Of a stretch of 64,000 bases of DNA, positions 51,696-62,958 are shown one piece after another. A model generated the notes under the pieces. That model had not been told where the DNA came from, did no database searches, and worked only from the letters and a program-made list of their open reading frames with translations. The stretch lies in the NCBI GenBank assembly GCA_023231475.1, contig JALJEE010002922.1, positions 1 to 64,000 of the forward strand, read 5' to 3'. The translations under genes were made by a program, and so were the position numbers. Within the stretch, counting starts at the first letter, position 1; each line of letters opens with the position of its first letter. The stretch is from Seison nebaliae. Taxonomy: Eukaryota.

Positions 51696-52593
51696 TTAGT
51701 ATTCGGGTTCAGGAAATTGGAGATCATCAATCTGCTTCTTAATTCTCATGAATAAATACATCGAACAAATTAGACCGACGACCTTCATGAAATTTTTGAA
51801 TTATTTGTACTATAAATAATGACTAACATGAATTAGTCCGAAACAAATTCCAACAGAGCCGGTAAGAGCCATCATTCTACGGAACCATTGTGTTAATGCA
51901 TTCGAACAGCCCAACTTGTAATCTAAACAACTTGGCGGAATTTTTAAATAATAATCATTTGGACCCAAATTCCCGCAACATTTCATCTAAATAACAATCT
52001 GAATTGATCGGAATTAAAAAGAATAAACTTGTTTTTGAATTTCATTCAATGCTCTCAATGCTTTCTTATTGTTGCTCATTTGGAAATTATTCATCAAACT
52101 TCTCATTGCATCTGATACATCTCCAAGAATCTAAATTAAAATATTTCAAAATTATTTCAATTTTATTGAGAGAATTTGTATTTTTAACATAATCCAATTT
52201 GTAGAAGGACCAAACAGAGCAACCCAAATAAGTTACCATCAATAACAATATGGTTAAAAAGTACTAGAAGAATAGATAGAATTGTGAGAAATTCAAATGA
52301 AATCGAACCCATAATAACAACATTGGATTCTCCAATATGGTGGCAAGACAACCGATGATCGCAATAAATAATGAAGCGACTCCAATGGCAATGAGAATGT
52401 AAGCACCAATATAAAGTGCATCGGAAGTAAAATCAATTTCTGCCTCATCAATCCTCTTTAACATCATACTCCAATTCCTTTCAATTCGTATCCAGATACC
52501 GATGCAGAAAGCCGTGAGACCACAGGCCCATGTGATGAAATTAGCGACAAAGACGCCATATTTGGCTATAACCACTTCGCTACTATATTTCAT
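51696..52593 (-). CDS. Tetraspanin; 5 exons
   Basis: KYGVFVANFITWACG..GIWI; AYILIAIG..IIGCLATILEN; MKCCGNLGPNDY..PPSC..GC; four TM segments. Confidence 0.92.
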
Positions 52594-53310
52594 CACAAAC
52601 GAAATTAACTGATAATTTTTTGAACAATTTTATTAATTATATTTTTTACTCTGAACTGTTCGTGTCAGTCAGTTGTTGCATCTAATGTAAACAAATACTT
52701 CAACACAAACAACGAGAAACATTTGTAATCAAATCGAGAATTCATATCAGAGATGTTCTTTATCAGTTTGTTAGAGGAAAAGAAATAAAAATCGAATGAC
52801 ACATTTCGGATAGTAACGAACTCGTCCATTAGAACTATAAAACTCTCTCCCCAATACTTGAACTGCACTAAATTGAAGAATCAATTCCCACTCCTCTCTA
52901 TCTCCTCCATTTCATTCCATTAGAGATTCATAATAAATTGAATCGTTTATTAAATGATTCATTAAATATCTTAATAAGTTAAATGTGTTTCATCATTTTA
53001 TATTCATTCCTCTCCACAAATTTAATGAACTAAATAATTCCAGGAAATAACTTGGAAATATTTCCATCATGGAATGAAAGGAATAAAATGACCTTTAAAT
53101 TTATCATTTCAAATTTGTCAAATTATAAAATCTGTGAAAATTTCACTTATTTCCTATTAGAAAGATAATATTATCCAAATTGTCTGGTAGAAGAAGAAAA
53201 GAAGAATTTTCGAAAATTTAATTGAGAGGAGAGAAAATTTTTTAATTTGAAATTATATAAAAAATTTACTTTAAATGTTTTCGCATTAGAATAAATAAAT
53301 AATAATGATT

Positions 53311-53739
53311 TTAGCAATCTAAAAAATTTGCTGCCATCAATAATTCCAACGCTAATGATGATGGTATATGGAATTCCGGAATATCGGTTGTACTATTCGT
53401 ATATTTGACTCGATAAGTGAAATATTGGCAAACTTTGTTCAAGACATGTGATGGCATTTCTTTGAAAATGATTTCATTATCTTCATTCTCAGCAAATTGA
53501 CCCGGACCAGACAACATCGCTTTGATGGTTTTAGAGACTAATGCCAATTCTCGTTTAATAATAAACTCATGATTATCCGATGAAATTAATCGCACGTACA
53601 TGGCATCTGGTCCAGAGCAAGCTCCATATTTCGGTTTGACATTGTCTTGTCCATTTACTGGCTGTGTATCATCGGCAATTGGAAGAGCCGAAACGTCCTC
53701 TTTACCTGACAACGATTCCGTAGCTGATGTTGTTTCCAT
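53311..53739 (-). CDS. ELOC: Elongin C (142 aa from ATG 53739)
   Basis: [62 protein letters not shown]. Confidence 0.97.
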   Translation of the reverse strand: METTSATESLSGKEDVSALPIADDTQPVNGQDNVKPKYGACSGPDAMYVRLISSDNHEFIIKRELALVSKTIKAMLSGPGQFAENEDNEIIFKEMPSHVLNKVCQYFTYRVKYTNSTTDIPEFHIPSSLALELLMAANFLDC

Positions 53740-55044
53740 TATGAGATTTGATATTTTATTTGTCAAGAATTATATTCTTAAAGGGAATATTCCATAGAGA
53801 CAAAGCCAAATAACTAAACAGTTAATTGTTCGTTTTTCCCATGTTTTAATTATCTCAATTTTTTCCATTTTCATAACTCCAAATAAATTTTTTGAATTTA
53901 TTTTTTTATGAATTTTTATTTCAGAATTTTCTTCTATTCAGTTTTTTCTTGAGAATTGTATAATAGAATGAATTTCAATTGAAATATTTAATAATATTTT
54001 GAAATTGAAATTAAAATACTTAAATTATAATTAGAAGTGAAGAAAAATGAAATAAATAAATTTTAAGAGAATAAAGTTGAGTAATAAAAAGAAAAATAGT
54101 TTTAGTTTTCAGGGAAAATAATTATTGGAAAACTAATTGACATTAATCATGAAATTTGTTCGAAGAATAGTTTATTAGGAAGAAGAAGGAGTAGATCTTC
54201 CAATTGAGTTATCGTATTTACTTTTCTAATTATATCGAACGACAATGGAACGGTTACTTGAGAAATTATTAGTCTTTCTCATTCATCCAAGATTGGTATG
54301 GGCACCAAACAGATAGGGAGCAGTTGATTAAGAAAATTGTTATTCGTCTTACACTTTTCTTCGATGAGTCGATGTGCAAACAATGAAATGTGTCAATCAG
54401 ATATGTCGATGAAACTTGTCGTATCTTCTTACTTTGGGGAGATTTGGTCGGTTGTATTTACTGAAATAATTATTGGTGATTGATTGAGAAAATGTTTGTG
54501 TAATGATGAATCAAATCAATCGATTGTACATATCGCTCAGTTTATCAGTAGAGAACTTTCGATAATGAATCTGTCCATCTGCTCGAAGTTTAATTGAACA
54601 TCTCAAACTGAATGTCTTCCGACAATTACATTAATTGACTCCTTGCTTATCATGACATGTTAAAATGATTTTCTTTTTCAATTTCTCTTATTGTATCTGT
54701 TGTTGGAAGAAGTTGGGAGTAGAACTGGAATCATTTCTTTCCCATCAACTCGATATTGGAATGAATCAATTCCCTTAAGAGAATTCAACTGATAAAGTGC
54801 ATTTTTTTTGTCTTTCATTTTTCTCTTATTTCCATTTAAGTGATATCCATACATTTCCAAAGTATTTTAATATTTTTCTGCTAGGGAACTAATCGTTCCT
54901 CTCCTACATATCTGCCATTGACGAGAGAATTATTGGAAATCGGAATCAATAAACATTCTCTTATTGATCTTTTGATTTCATTAGAAGATCAAATTAGAAA
55001 AAACAAAAAATATTTTCATCAAATGTTATCTCTCATCAGATATT

Positions 55045-56070
55045 ATGTTTAATGGAACATCATTTAATTATCTAACTGATAATAGTAATTCGTATGAGAA
55101 TCAGCAGCCGATTAGCACGATCGATTCCTTAAGTTTGTCCGGGAGTAAACGATCAGGAAAAGTGGATGATTATGACAACACGATAAAAAAGGGGAAAATT
55201 GATAAGAAACTGGAAGAGAATAATTTTAAGAATTTAATGAGTGGAAATGTGACGAATGAGCAATACAACCAGTTGATGTTGGCGCAATTATTGTCGTATG
55301 GAATCGTTGATGATGATCGACTGAAAACATTCACTAACAATTTAACATCGTCACAATTAACTGAAAATTATATTTATGCTCAAAACACTTTCCCCAATAC
55401 AAGTTCGGGAGAATTATTAAATAATATCTTCTCCTATAATAATCTCCAGATCAATTCGAATGATCGACATTTATCTTCGTCGCTACTTCCTCAACAATAT
55501 TTTTTCAGTCTACCTTCCCATCCATCGACCACATCAAACGGTTCTACAATTGATCTCAATCCCAAACGCGAAGCATTATCAACAGATAGTGGATTATGTA
55601 CAGAAATGTTTAACTCATCCTTCCACAATCTCTTACAGACGAAAGACAACGAGAAATTATTAGGAAATCATTCTAACCTTTCAAGTTTAATAGCAACGAC
55701 CAATATCTTATCTCAAAACCATAATCTTAATCAAAGCAATAATAATAGTAATAATAATAATAATAATAACGAACAACTTACTAATAGTATGGATGTTCAA
55801 TCAATATTAGAAGCAAGAAGAAAACAACAGAGACGTATCAGAACAACATTCACTACTCTCCAGTTAAGAGAATTGGAATATGCATTTTCTCAAACTCACT
55901 ATCCAGATATTTATACGAGAGAAGAGTTAGCGCTACGTATCGACTTAACTGAAGCTAGAGTTCAAGTTCATTTTGCATTTATTCCATCAATTCTCCATTA
56001 TCGTTTTAAGGTTTGGTTTCAGAATCGTCGCGCAAAATTCCGAAAACAAGAAAGACAAAATAAGAAATAA
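55045..56070 (+). CDS. PHOX2: Paired-like homeobox protein Phox2; intron 55966-56010
   Basis: After removing the 45-nt intron the homeodomain reads [61 protein letters not shown], nearly identical to Phox2; the intron sits at the PRD-class codon 46/47 position. Confidence 0.92.
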   Translation: MFNGTSFNYLTDNSNSYENQQPISTIDSLSLSGSKRSGKVDDYDNTIKKGKIDKKLEENNFKNLMSGNVTNEQYNQLMLAQLLSYGIVDDDRLKTFTNNLTSSQLTENYIYAQNTFPNTSSGELLNNIFSYNNLQINSNDRHLSSSLLPQQYFFSLPSHPSTTSNGSTIDLNPKREALSTDSGLCTEMFNSSFHNLLQTKDNEKLLGNHSNLSSLIATTNILSQNHNLNQSNNNSNNNNNNNEQLTNSMDVQSILEARRKQQRRIRTTFTTLQLRELEYAFSQTHYPDIYTREELALRIDLTEARVQVHFAFIPSILHYRFKVWFQNRRAKFRKQERQNKK

Positions 56071-56149
56071 ACATTGATTTAAACGATTCTTTTCTGTATT
56101 ACTTTCATATTTTCAACTGTTCCCAAATAAAATTATTTATAAAAGAAAT

Positions 56150-57648
56150 ATGAGTGATCATGGATTATATCCAGCTGTTCAAATGTACTCAGCCACCACT
56201 GTGGCGAGTTCATCTGTGTATGACGGTGGCTATTACGGTGCAGTATATAACAGTTCACATTTTAAATTTTGTTAAGCTACATTTTTTTCAGATGACATTG
56301 ATTCAATCGGAAACAATAAAGAAGATACATCAACAATAGGTGAAATAACGTCTGAAACTGATTCATACTACGATGATTTGTGTGAGACGTACATATTCTA
56401 CAGTAAGGGTATGGAAATCGACAATGGCTTACTCTTCAACAAATACCAAACACTGAAAGTGCTATGTGATAAACTTTATAGATGTTCTGCCCTTTTACAT
56501 AAACTAAACAAACGTCAATATCCACCCGAATATATGAAGCCTCCTACAAATGTACCACCGAACGTGGAAGAATGTCCTCATCAAGTTCCGATTATGTGCG
56601 AAACACAACCGATTAGTTAACACCAACTTGAAATTATTTAATTTATATTTGTGATAGATATGGAAAAAATTCGACAGTTCTATATTACCAATTGTTCTAT
56701 ACTAGGAGGTATGAAAAAGAAGAAAGGATCGTTATTAAAACAAAAAGATTCTATTATGACGAGAGATATCCCAATAGAACGTGTAGCTTCAAGTAGTTTA
56801 GAAAATTTGGTAGGGAAAGTTAGCGAGGATGACCAGGATAAGATTAACCATACTAATGAATTGTACAAAATTCAAATTGTACTTTTGGAATTAACTTGTA
56901 AGAAGTTCTTGTTAGAGTTATGTTTGATTACTTTCGATATACGACATTTGAATGATGAAGAAAGGTTAATGAAATGATCACAATTTATAATCTCCCTAAA
57001 AATTTTCTTAGGCTTTTTTATCGTCCCATTTTAGTGGATTTGGAAAATCTCCGAAAACTTGTCTTATGGAAGAGTTCGATAGACGAACAACTGTTACTCG
57101 ACCAACATGTGGAAGAGCAAAGATTTGGAGAAGAGAATGAAAATGAAGAATATTCAGATGAAAAAAGAACTGGAGAAGAAAAGTCGGTTGAAAAAAAGTC
57201 TGAAGAAAAAAAGTCTGATGAAAAAAAAACCAATAAAAAAAATTCGACGGCTTCAGGAGAAAATAGCGCTGTAACTAAATTGGAATTATATTTCGAGAAT
57301 CAGGAATCGTTCTTTTTCAATCATTATTCAGCGGAAATTCCAAATACCAGAACAGTTGTGCAAACCGCAGATCCGAATGTAGAACTCGACCCGACAATTG
57401 ATCGATGTGTAGATGGAATATATCGTTTGTTAACAATGATATCTGAAGAATCGATATTTGTCCCACCGAAAACAGAGTCAGAATATCCGATGGTAGTTTC
57501 AAACAAAATAGTGCCAATGTTGTATGGAATTGTGGAGAAAATTTTTAATACATTGCCACATGACCCAATTGGATTTTTGGCTGATCAATTGGAGGTAGAA
57601 TTATTGAGATCGGAAAAAGAGGAAATTAAAAGCGAAGCTGCCACTTAG
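56150..57648 (+). CDS. Uncharacterised protein with a C-terminal Dpy-30/RIIa-like dimerisation motif; 4 exons
   Basis: Three GTT introns fuse the ORFs at 56150, 56378, 56651 and 56974 into one frame; C-terminus VSNKIVPMLYGIVEKIFNTLPHDPIGFLADQL. Confidence 0.65.
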
Positions 57649-57720
57649 ATTTGCATGCACATGAATTTTTCTCATTGACATTTTTTCTTCACAATTTTCA
57701 ATTGTTCAGTAATATCGAAA

Positions 57721-58313
57721 ATGGATTTTGAGTGGTTAAAGTCAACAGATTTATCTTTAGCTTTTCAAATGTTTTCCGAAGTTTTTTTTCTTTTATTCAT
57801 TTCCTTCTTCAATTTTTCTTTTAGTTGCAATTTGATGTCATAACAATCTCATTAGTTATATTTCATGTTCTACTCATTTCAACTATTTATCGATTGCGTC
57901 ATCACGCATATTGTCTATTTAGTATATTCGTATTCAATTGTTTATTATTCACATTATTAATTTGTTTCAATTCGATTAAAATCTTTTCTTTTTATTTTTC
58001 TTTACAAACAAATTTTTTTCCTTCAAATACGAACCAGGCACCATCGTCATAATGGGAGAATATATTAATGAATTTCTTGCTAATCTGTCGTTAAGAAATT
58101 TTAAGGAGAACTATTTCGATAATTATGGTGCTTTCTATACATTCTCCCTGACAATTCCATTACTCTTGCAATCGATGATAATTCTTGTTTAATTTTATTA
58201 ATTCAACTTCTTTTCAATAACCCTCTCATTTTATTTAGTTCTGCTTATTCCAAATCATTATAGGATCATTACGAAAATTGAATGTATTGAAAAGTAGAGA
58301 AAAAAATGAATAA
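57721..58313 (+). CDS. TMEM18: Transmembrane protein 18; spliced
   Basis: IFHVLL..; IVIMGEYINEFLANLSLRNFKENYFDNYGAFYTFSLTIPLLLQSMIIL matches the TMEM18 EYINE..YFDxxG motif. Confidence 0.75.
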
Positions 58314-58382
58314 ATTAGATTAATATTCAATCGGTTTCTCATTCGATTTCTGTAACCACCAAACAAATTATTAATAATTAAA

Positions 58383-61356
58383 TTAATTTAAATTAACTCC
58401 ATTTAATAAATGTTCATCTGTCACTTTATTATTTCCCATTAACCAGAAAGTTGTCATTTGACCCAATCCTCTTACTTCAATTTTGTTTCTCGGTTTTATT
58501 ACAAAATGATCTCGTTTGTGTAATTGTCTTGATGGGAGGAAAGAAGAAATTGGAAAATTTCATTACGAAACAAAAAAAACTTTTGGAAATCTTCGCTAAT
58601 TTGTATGCGATTTGGTAAGCCATGACTTTCTAACCGTGCGGCTACCGTACAGGTCTTCCCAATGATTAACAGTCGAGCAATACCTCGATATTTTACGATG
58701 GACGCACCAACCTTCCCATAATGTATTCCAATACGGATCTTAATTGATAATCTAAAATTAAATCAATTTTAAAGATAAGAACTTGAATTTTATTGAAGAG
58801 ATTTATTCCTTTGGCAACAACCAACATTCCCAGAGCCATGTTAGCCAATCGATCACAAGTCGTTTCACTTCCACTGTAGCCCAATCCAGCCACAATTGAA
58901 CATGCATCACCTATCGTTTCCACCTGAACAAAAAATAACTAGAAAGTTCGTAAATGAAAAAATAACTCGAAAAACGTTATGAATTAAACACATTCGATCA
59001 TATTCGGTGTATATTTGATTAAGTAATTTTGAGATTTTTAAAGGAGAATTCTCCTCCACTAATTTCGAGAAGCCGACGATATCGCTAAATAAAACTGCAA
59101 CATTATCATGTTGAGTGTTGGAGAATTTATCGAAAAAATGAGCGTCTTTTTGAAATTGTTTCCATAAATGTCCTGGAAGAAATGACGATACTAATAAATC
59201 GTAATGTTTCTCAACGTCTGTTGATTGCATTCGATTTCCAAAATTTCCGTCATATTCAACTCCTCGTCGCAATTTATCGTAATCTTGAGAAGATAGAAAC
59301 ATTTCACCTTTGATTGCTGAAATGAATGTAAAATATTTTTATCATTTTCCGCACTAACATGAATTTTTGAAATCGATGATCGAAGTTGCACTTCTTTTTG
59401 GGGTTCTCGGTCGTTGAGCGTCAATAATCAAACTATCCAAAGCTTGTGATGTAAGAAGGGTCTGTATTCCTTCATTATTCTGATTCTCTAACTCTTTTTT
59501 CTTCCGAACACTTTCATCAAATATATTATTAATCATGTCTTTGGGCATATTTGATCCACACAAAAAATTTGGGGGCGACAAATTCATTCCTAAAATCTCT
59601 CCACTTTTATTACAATCGATAAATTGCTTTAGTGGTGATCGATTTCCAATTTCTAAGAAACGTTATCGTATCTACATAAAATTTTTTACTAACGTGCTAA
59701 TTGTACAGGAGATAATTCAGCAAAGATATCATCTAAAAAATGAGAATGAAAATGGAAAAAAGAAGAAATGAATTTAAACTTCCAAAATTTAAACTATTCG
59801 CATCGGCATATTTTAGAACTCTCTGATCTTTTTCACGACCGGTAAAGTTTGCAGATTTCCATGCATTTTTCATTCCGTACGAGAATGGACATCCATTCAC
59901 TTCTCCAACACTTTCCATCGCTGATTCATTTCCCATCGCATTAGATAGATTCATAAGAATGAAATCTCTGGTAACATCATGAATTGGAAGATCATGAAAC
60001 GTTAAATTTGTTATGAACAAATCAGCCAATGATCGAACGATGGGAGAGATGAGTAACATGATGGCATCAAAATCAGGTTTCAATTGAATGATGTGACATC
60101 GTAACAGTAGAGGATGCATGTAATTTTTGATTGAAATGATGAAAGTGGATTGATGAAATTTTAATAAATTACCTGAAGTAAATTTCAGATTTGGAGGATA
60201 ATGGACATTAAAATATTCCTCCAAATCGATATTCCTTCCTTTTAATCTAAGATCTGGTATGACATTTTGCATAATATTACCAGCTTGTAAACAATTGAAT
60301 TTCTCCACTCCAATCACCATATGATATGGAAATATTGTACATGCCAATTCAGATGAAATAAACCTCTCCACTGGATACTGATATCTTAAAGCTTTCTTAT
60401 TCATGACGGCCAGTCTCGCTACAGCTTTCCATTTCGCTCGATAAACCCCACCTTTTTTCGCTTTCCATTCTTTCATTTGAGCAATCTTCTCCTTCACTTT
60501 CCGTACGTCATCCAATTTTAATTGTTGTTCATAATTACGACATGTTTGCGCTACAAATGTTGGTGGTGCCATCGCTTTTTTCAATGGAACAATTTTCACT
60601 TGCCAAATTACATGTTCTTGAATATTCTTATTCGATTCACTTTCACATTCCTCCTTCGTTTGTGAGTGAAGAGTCATCTCTACACCTTTATTGTGGAATC
60701 GTCGTGCCACTTCTTCTAAGATTCCTGAGAAATGAGATTTAAGAAAACAGGAAAAAACAATATGGAAATTTTACCGTTTATCATAAAATGAAGATTTTCA
60801 TAATGGGAAAAATAGTGAAGGAAGAAGTTATCTTCACTACTTTTACTCAAATCCACATGAAATGATGGAGTATTCAATTTTTGTTTACCAAAACAACTGG
60901 CAGAATAAAAATGAATTGAATCGATATTTTGACAGAATTCCATCATATTTTTTCCCAACAACTTCAAAAATAATGCATATCCAAATTTTATTAATAACGA
61001 CACATAAAATTGTCCACAGATTCTTAGTAATTTCTCTCGTTTAATCGCTTAAAAAACTAAATTGAATAGTTGGAGAATCGAAAAACCAACATAATCCATC
61101 ACCGATGATTCTGATGGTTTTCTCCAAATTGACATCGCTCAAGAATTGATTGGCAGAAGAGATTTCGTTCAAATTAAAATTTCCTCTGTTTTAATCAAAA
61201 TTTATCAATTTTTCATTTTCATGTTATTTAACTTTAATTCATTAAATTTCTCAGGACCATATTGTCGGAGAACGAATTCTTGAAGAAAGAATGGAATATA
61301 AGCGAACTAGGAGATATAATTCTTATGAAATTCATTAGACAAAATTTATTAACCAT
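58383..61356 (-). CDS. Atypical soluble guanylyl cyclase (H-NOX, PAS/HNOBA, cyclase domains); 11 exons
   Basis: ATG-only first coding exon then FAYIPFFLQEFVLRQYGPEKF; NIDSIHFY; IFPYHMV; DLPIHDVTRDFILM; VLFSDIVGFS; RVETIGDAC; IRIGIHYG; ARLESHG; IEVRGLGQMTTFWL. Confidence 0.9.
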
Positions 61357-61559
61357 ATCACTTGATTCGAAATAAGAATTTCTCAATGTTAATTGGAAGA
61401 GAATTCTTTTGAAAATAAAACAAAACGGAATGACGAAAGAAAACGGAATAATGGAATTTATAGACGAACGGACAAAAACAAAAGAAAATCGAAAAAAAAA
61501 TCTCGAAAATCGGTTTATCTTAAATGATTAGCAATTACAAATAAATTGAGTAATTAGTT

Positions 61560-62348
61560 TTAGTTAATATTATATTTGGAAATATCGACGTCTTCTGATG
61601 ATTTATAATCTTCGTCATTCAATTCGAATTGTCGATGAACATCGTTCACTTCACATTCAATTATTTTCATTTTCTTTTTTGGAGTACCTTGTTTCGATAA
61701 AGGAATTTCTCCTAATTCTCGTAAGAAATCCATTCCTTCCAACACTTTACCAAACACCACATGTTTGTTGTCCAACCAACGTGCTTTATTCAATAGAATA
61801 AAAAATTGACATCCATTAGTGTCCTTGCCATGATTGGCCATCGAAAGAATGCCTGGTGCACCATGACTCAGAAAGAAATTCTCATCAACAAACTTATCCC
61901 CATAAATACTAATGCCTTGAAAATACATTTTAAAATAAAATAATATGACAAAAAAATAAAACTTCCAGTTCCATCACTTTTGAGCACGTCTCCTAATTGT
62001 AGAACGAAATCGGGAACGATACGATGAATCAACGTATTCTTATACCAAAGTTTACGCTAAAAATATACTTTTCTTCAATTTCATTCAAATAAAAAGCAAA
62101 ACTTGATTTCCTCTTTGATAGCCAGTTGTTAATGATTTAAAATTGAGTACGGTCATTGGAACGGTTTTTCCGAATAAACCGATTTTCAATGTTCCTCTTA
62201 AATCTTCACCTTTTTCCGGATAATCAGTAACTTCGATTTCAAAAGAAGCTAAATCCGTTACCGTTTTATTACCATATTCGACCGCCACTATTTCTTTAAT
62301 TAAAATTAAGAGAAATGGGAGGAAGATAGATATTGATTTTGGTACCAT
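61560..62348 (-). CDS. PPIB: Secretory-pathway cyclophilin (PPIB-like); 3 exons
   Basis: Signal peptide; [77 protein letters not shown]. Confidence 0.9.
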
Positions 62349-62448
62349 TTTCTAAAATTAGTTTGATGGAAAGGAATTGAATGAAAAGATAAAAAATGAA
62401 TTGTAAAATTTATAAAGAAATATAAATAGATAACTTTCTCGTACCAGA

Positions 62449-62456
62449 TGACGTCA
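62449..62456. promoter_or_regulatory. CRE/ATF palindrome TGACGTCA about 100 nt upstream of the cyclophilin ATG
   Basis: Seen directly; function inferred. Confidence 0.35.
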
Positions 62457-62958
62457 ATATGGTGGACATGGAAGGTATGACGTTGATTGGAATGAAAGTT
62501 GAAGAATGGCACTCGAGAAATGAATTGTCGTAAAGATTATCAACGAGCGATGGCAGATGGCTTGAAGTACTTTCGTAGCATAAACTCTTTATTGAGTGAA
62601 TTTTTAATGAAGAAAATTCCGTCATATTTTTATGACCAATAAATTGAAGAATGTTCTATATAAAAATGATGAATTGAAAGTTATTCTTCTCAAAAGGAAA
62701 AAAAAGTAAGTGCGAAAGAAACGAAGAAGATTCAGGATATTTACGATGAATTTATGTTTCTCAAATGGTTCGTTGAAGAAATTTATAAGAAATAAATGTT
62801 TTGATACTTTTTGATAATCATAAATTTATTGGAATTATCCAATTATTCCATCGTATTTCATTCTCTTTCAATTGAATTATTCATTTTTCCAATTATAAAA
62901 ATTTTAATTTCAAAACTGTAAAATTTTTAATTTTTTGAAAACAAGATCTGGAATTTAG

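Noticed and set aside
56974..56977. Apparent ATGA stop/start overlap suggesting translational coupling
   Set aside because: It lies inside a GTT..TAG intron that joins the two ORFs into one gene
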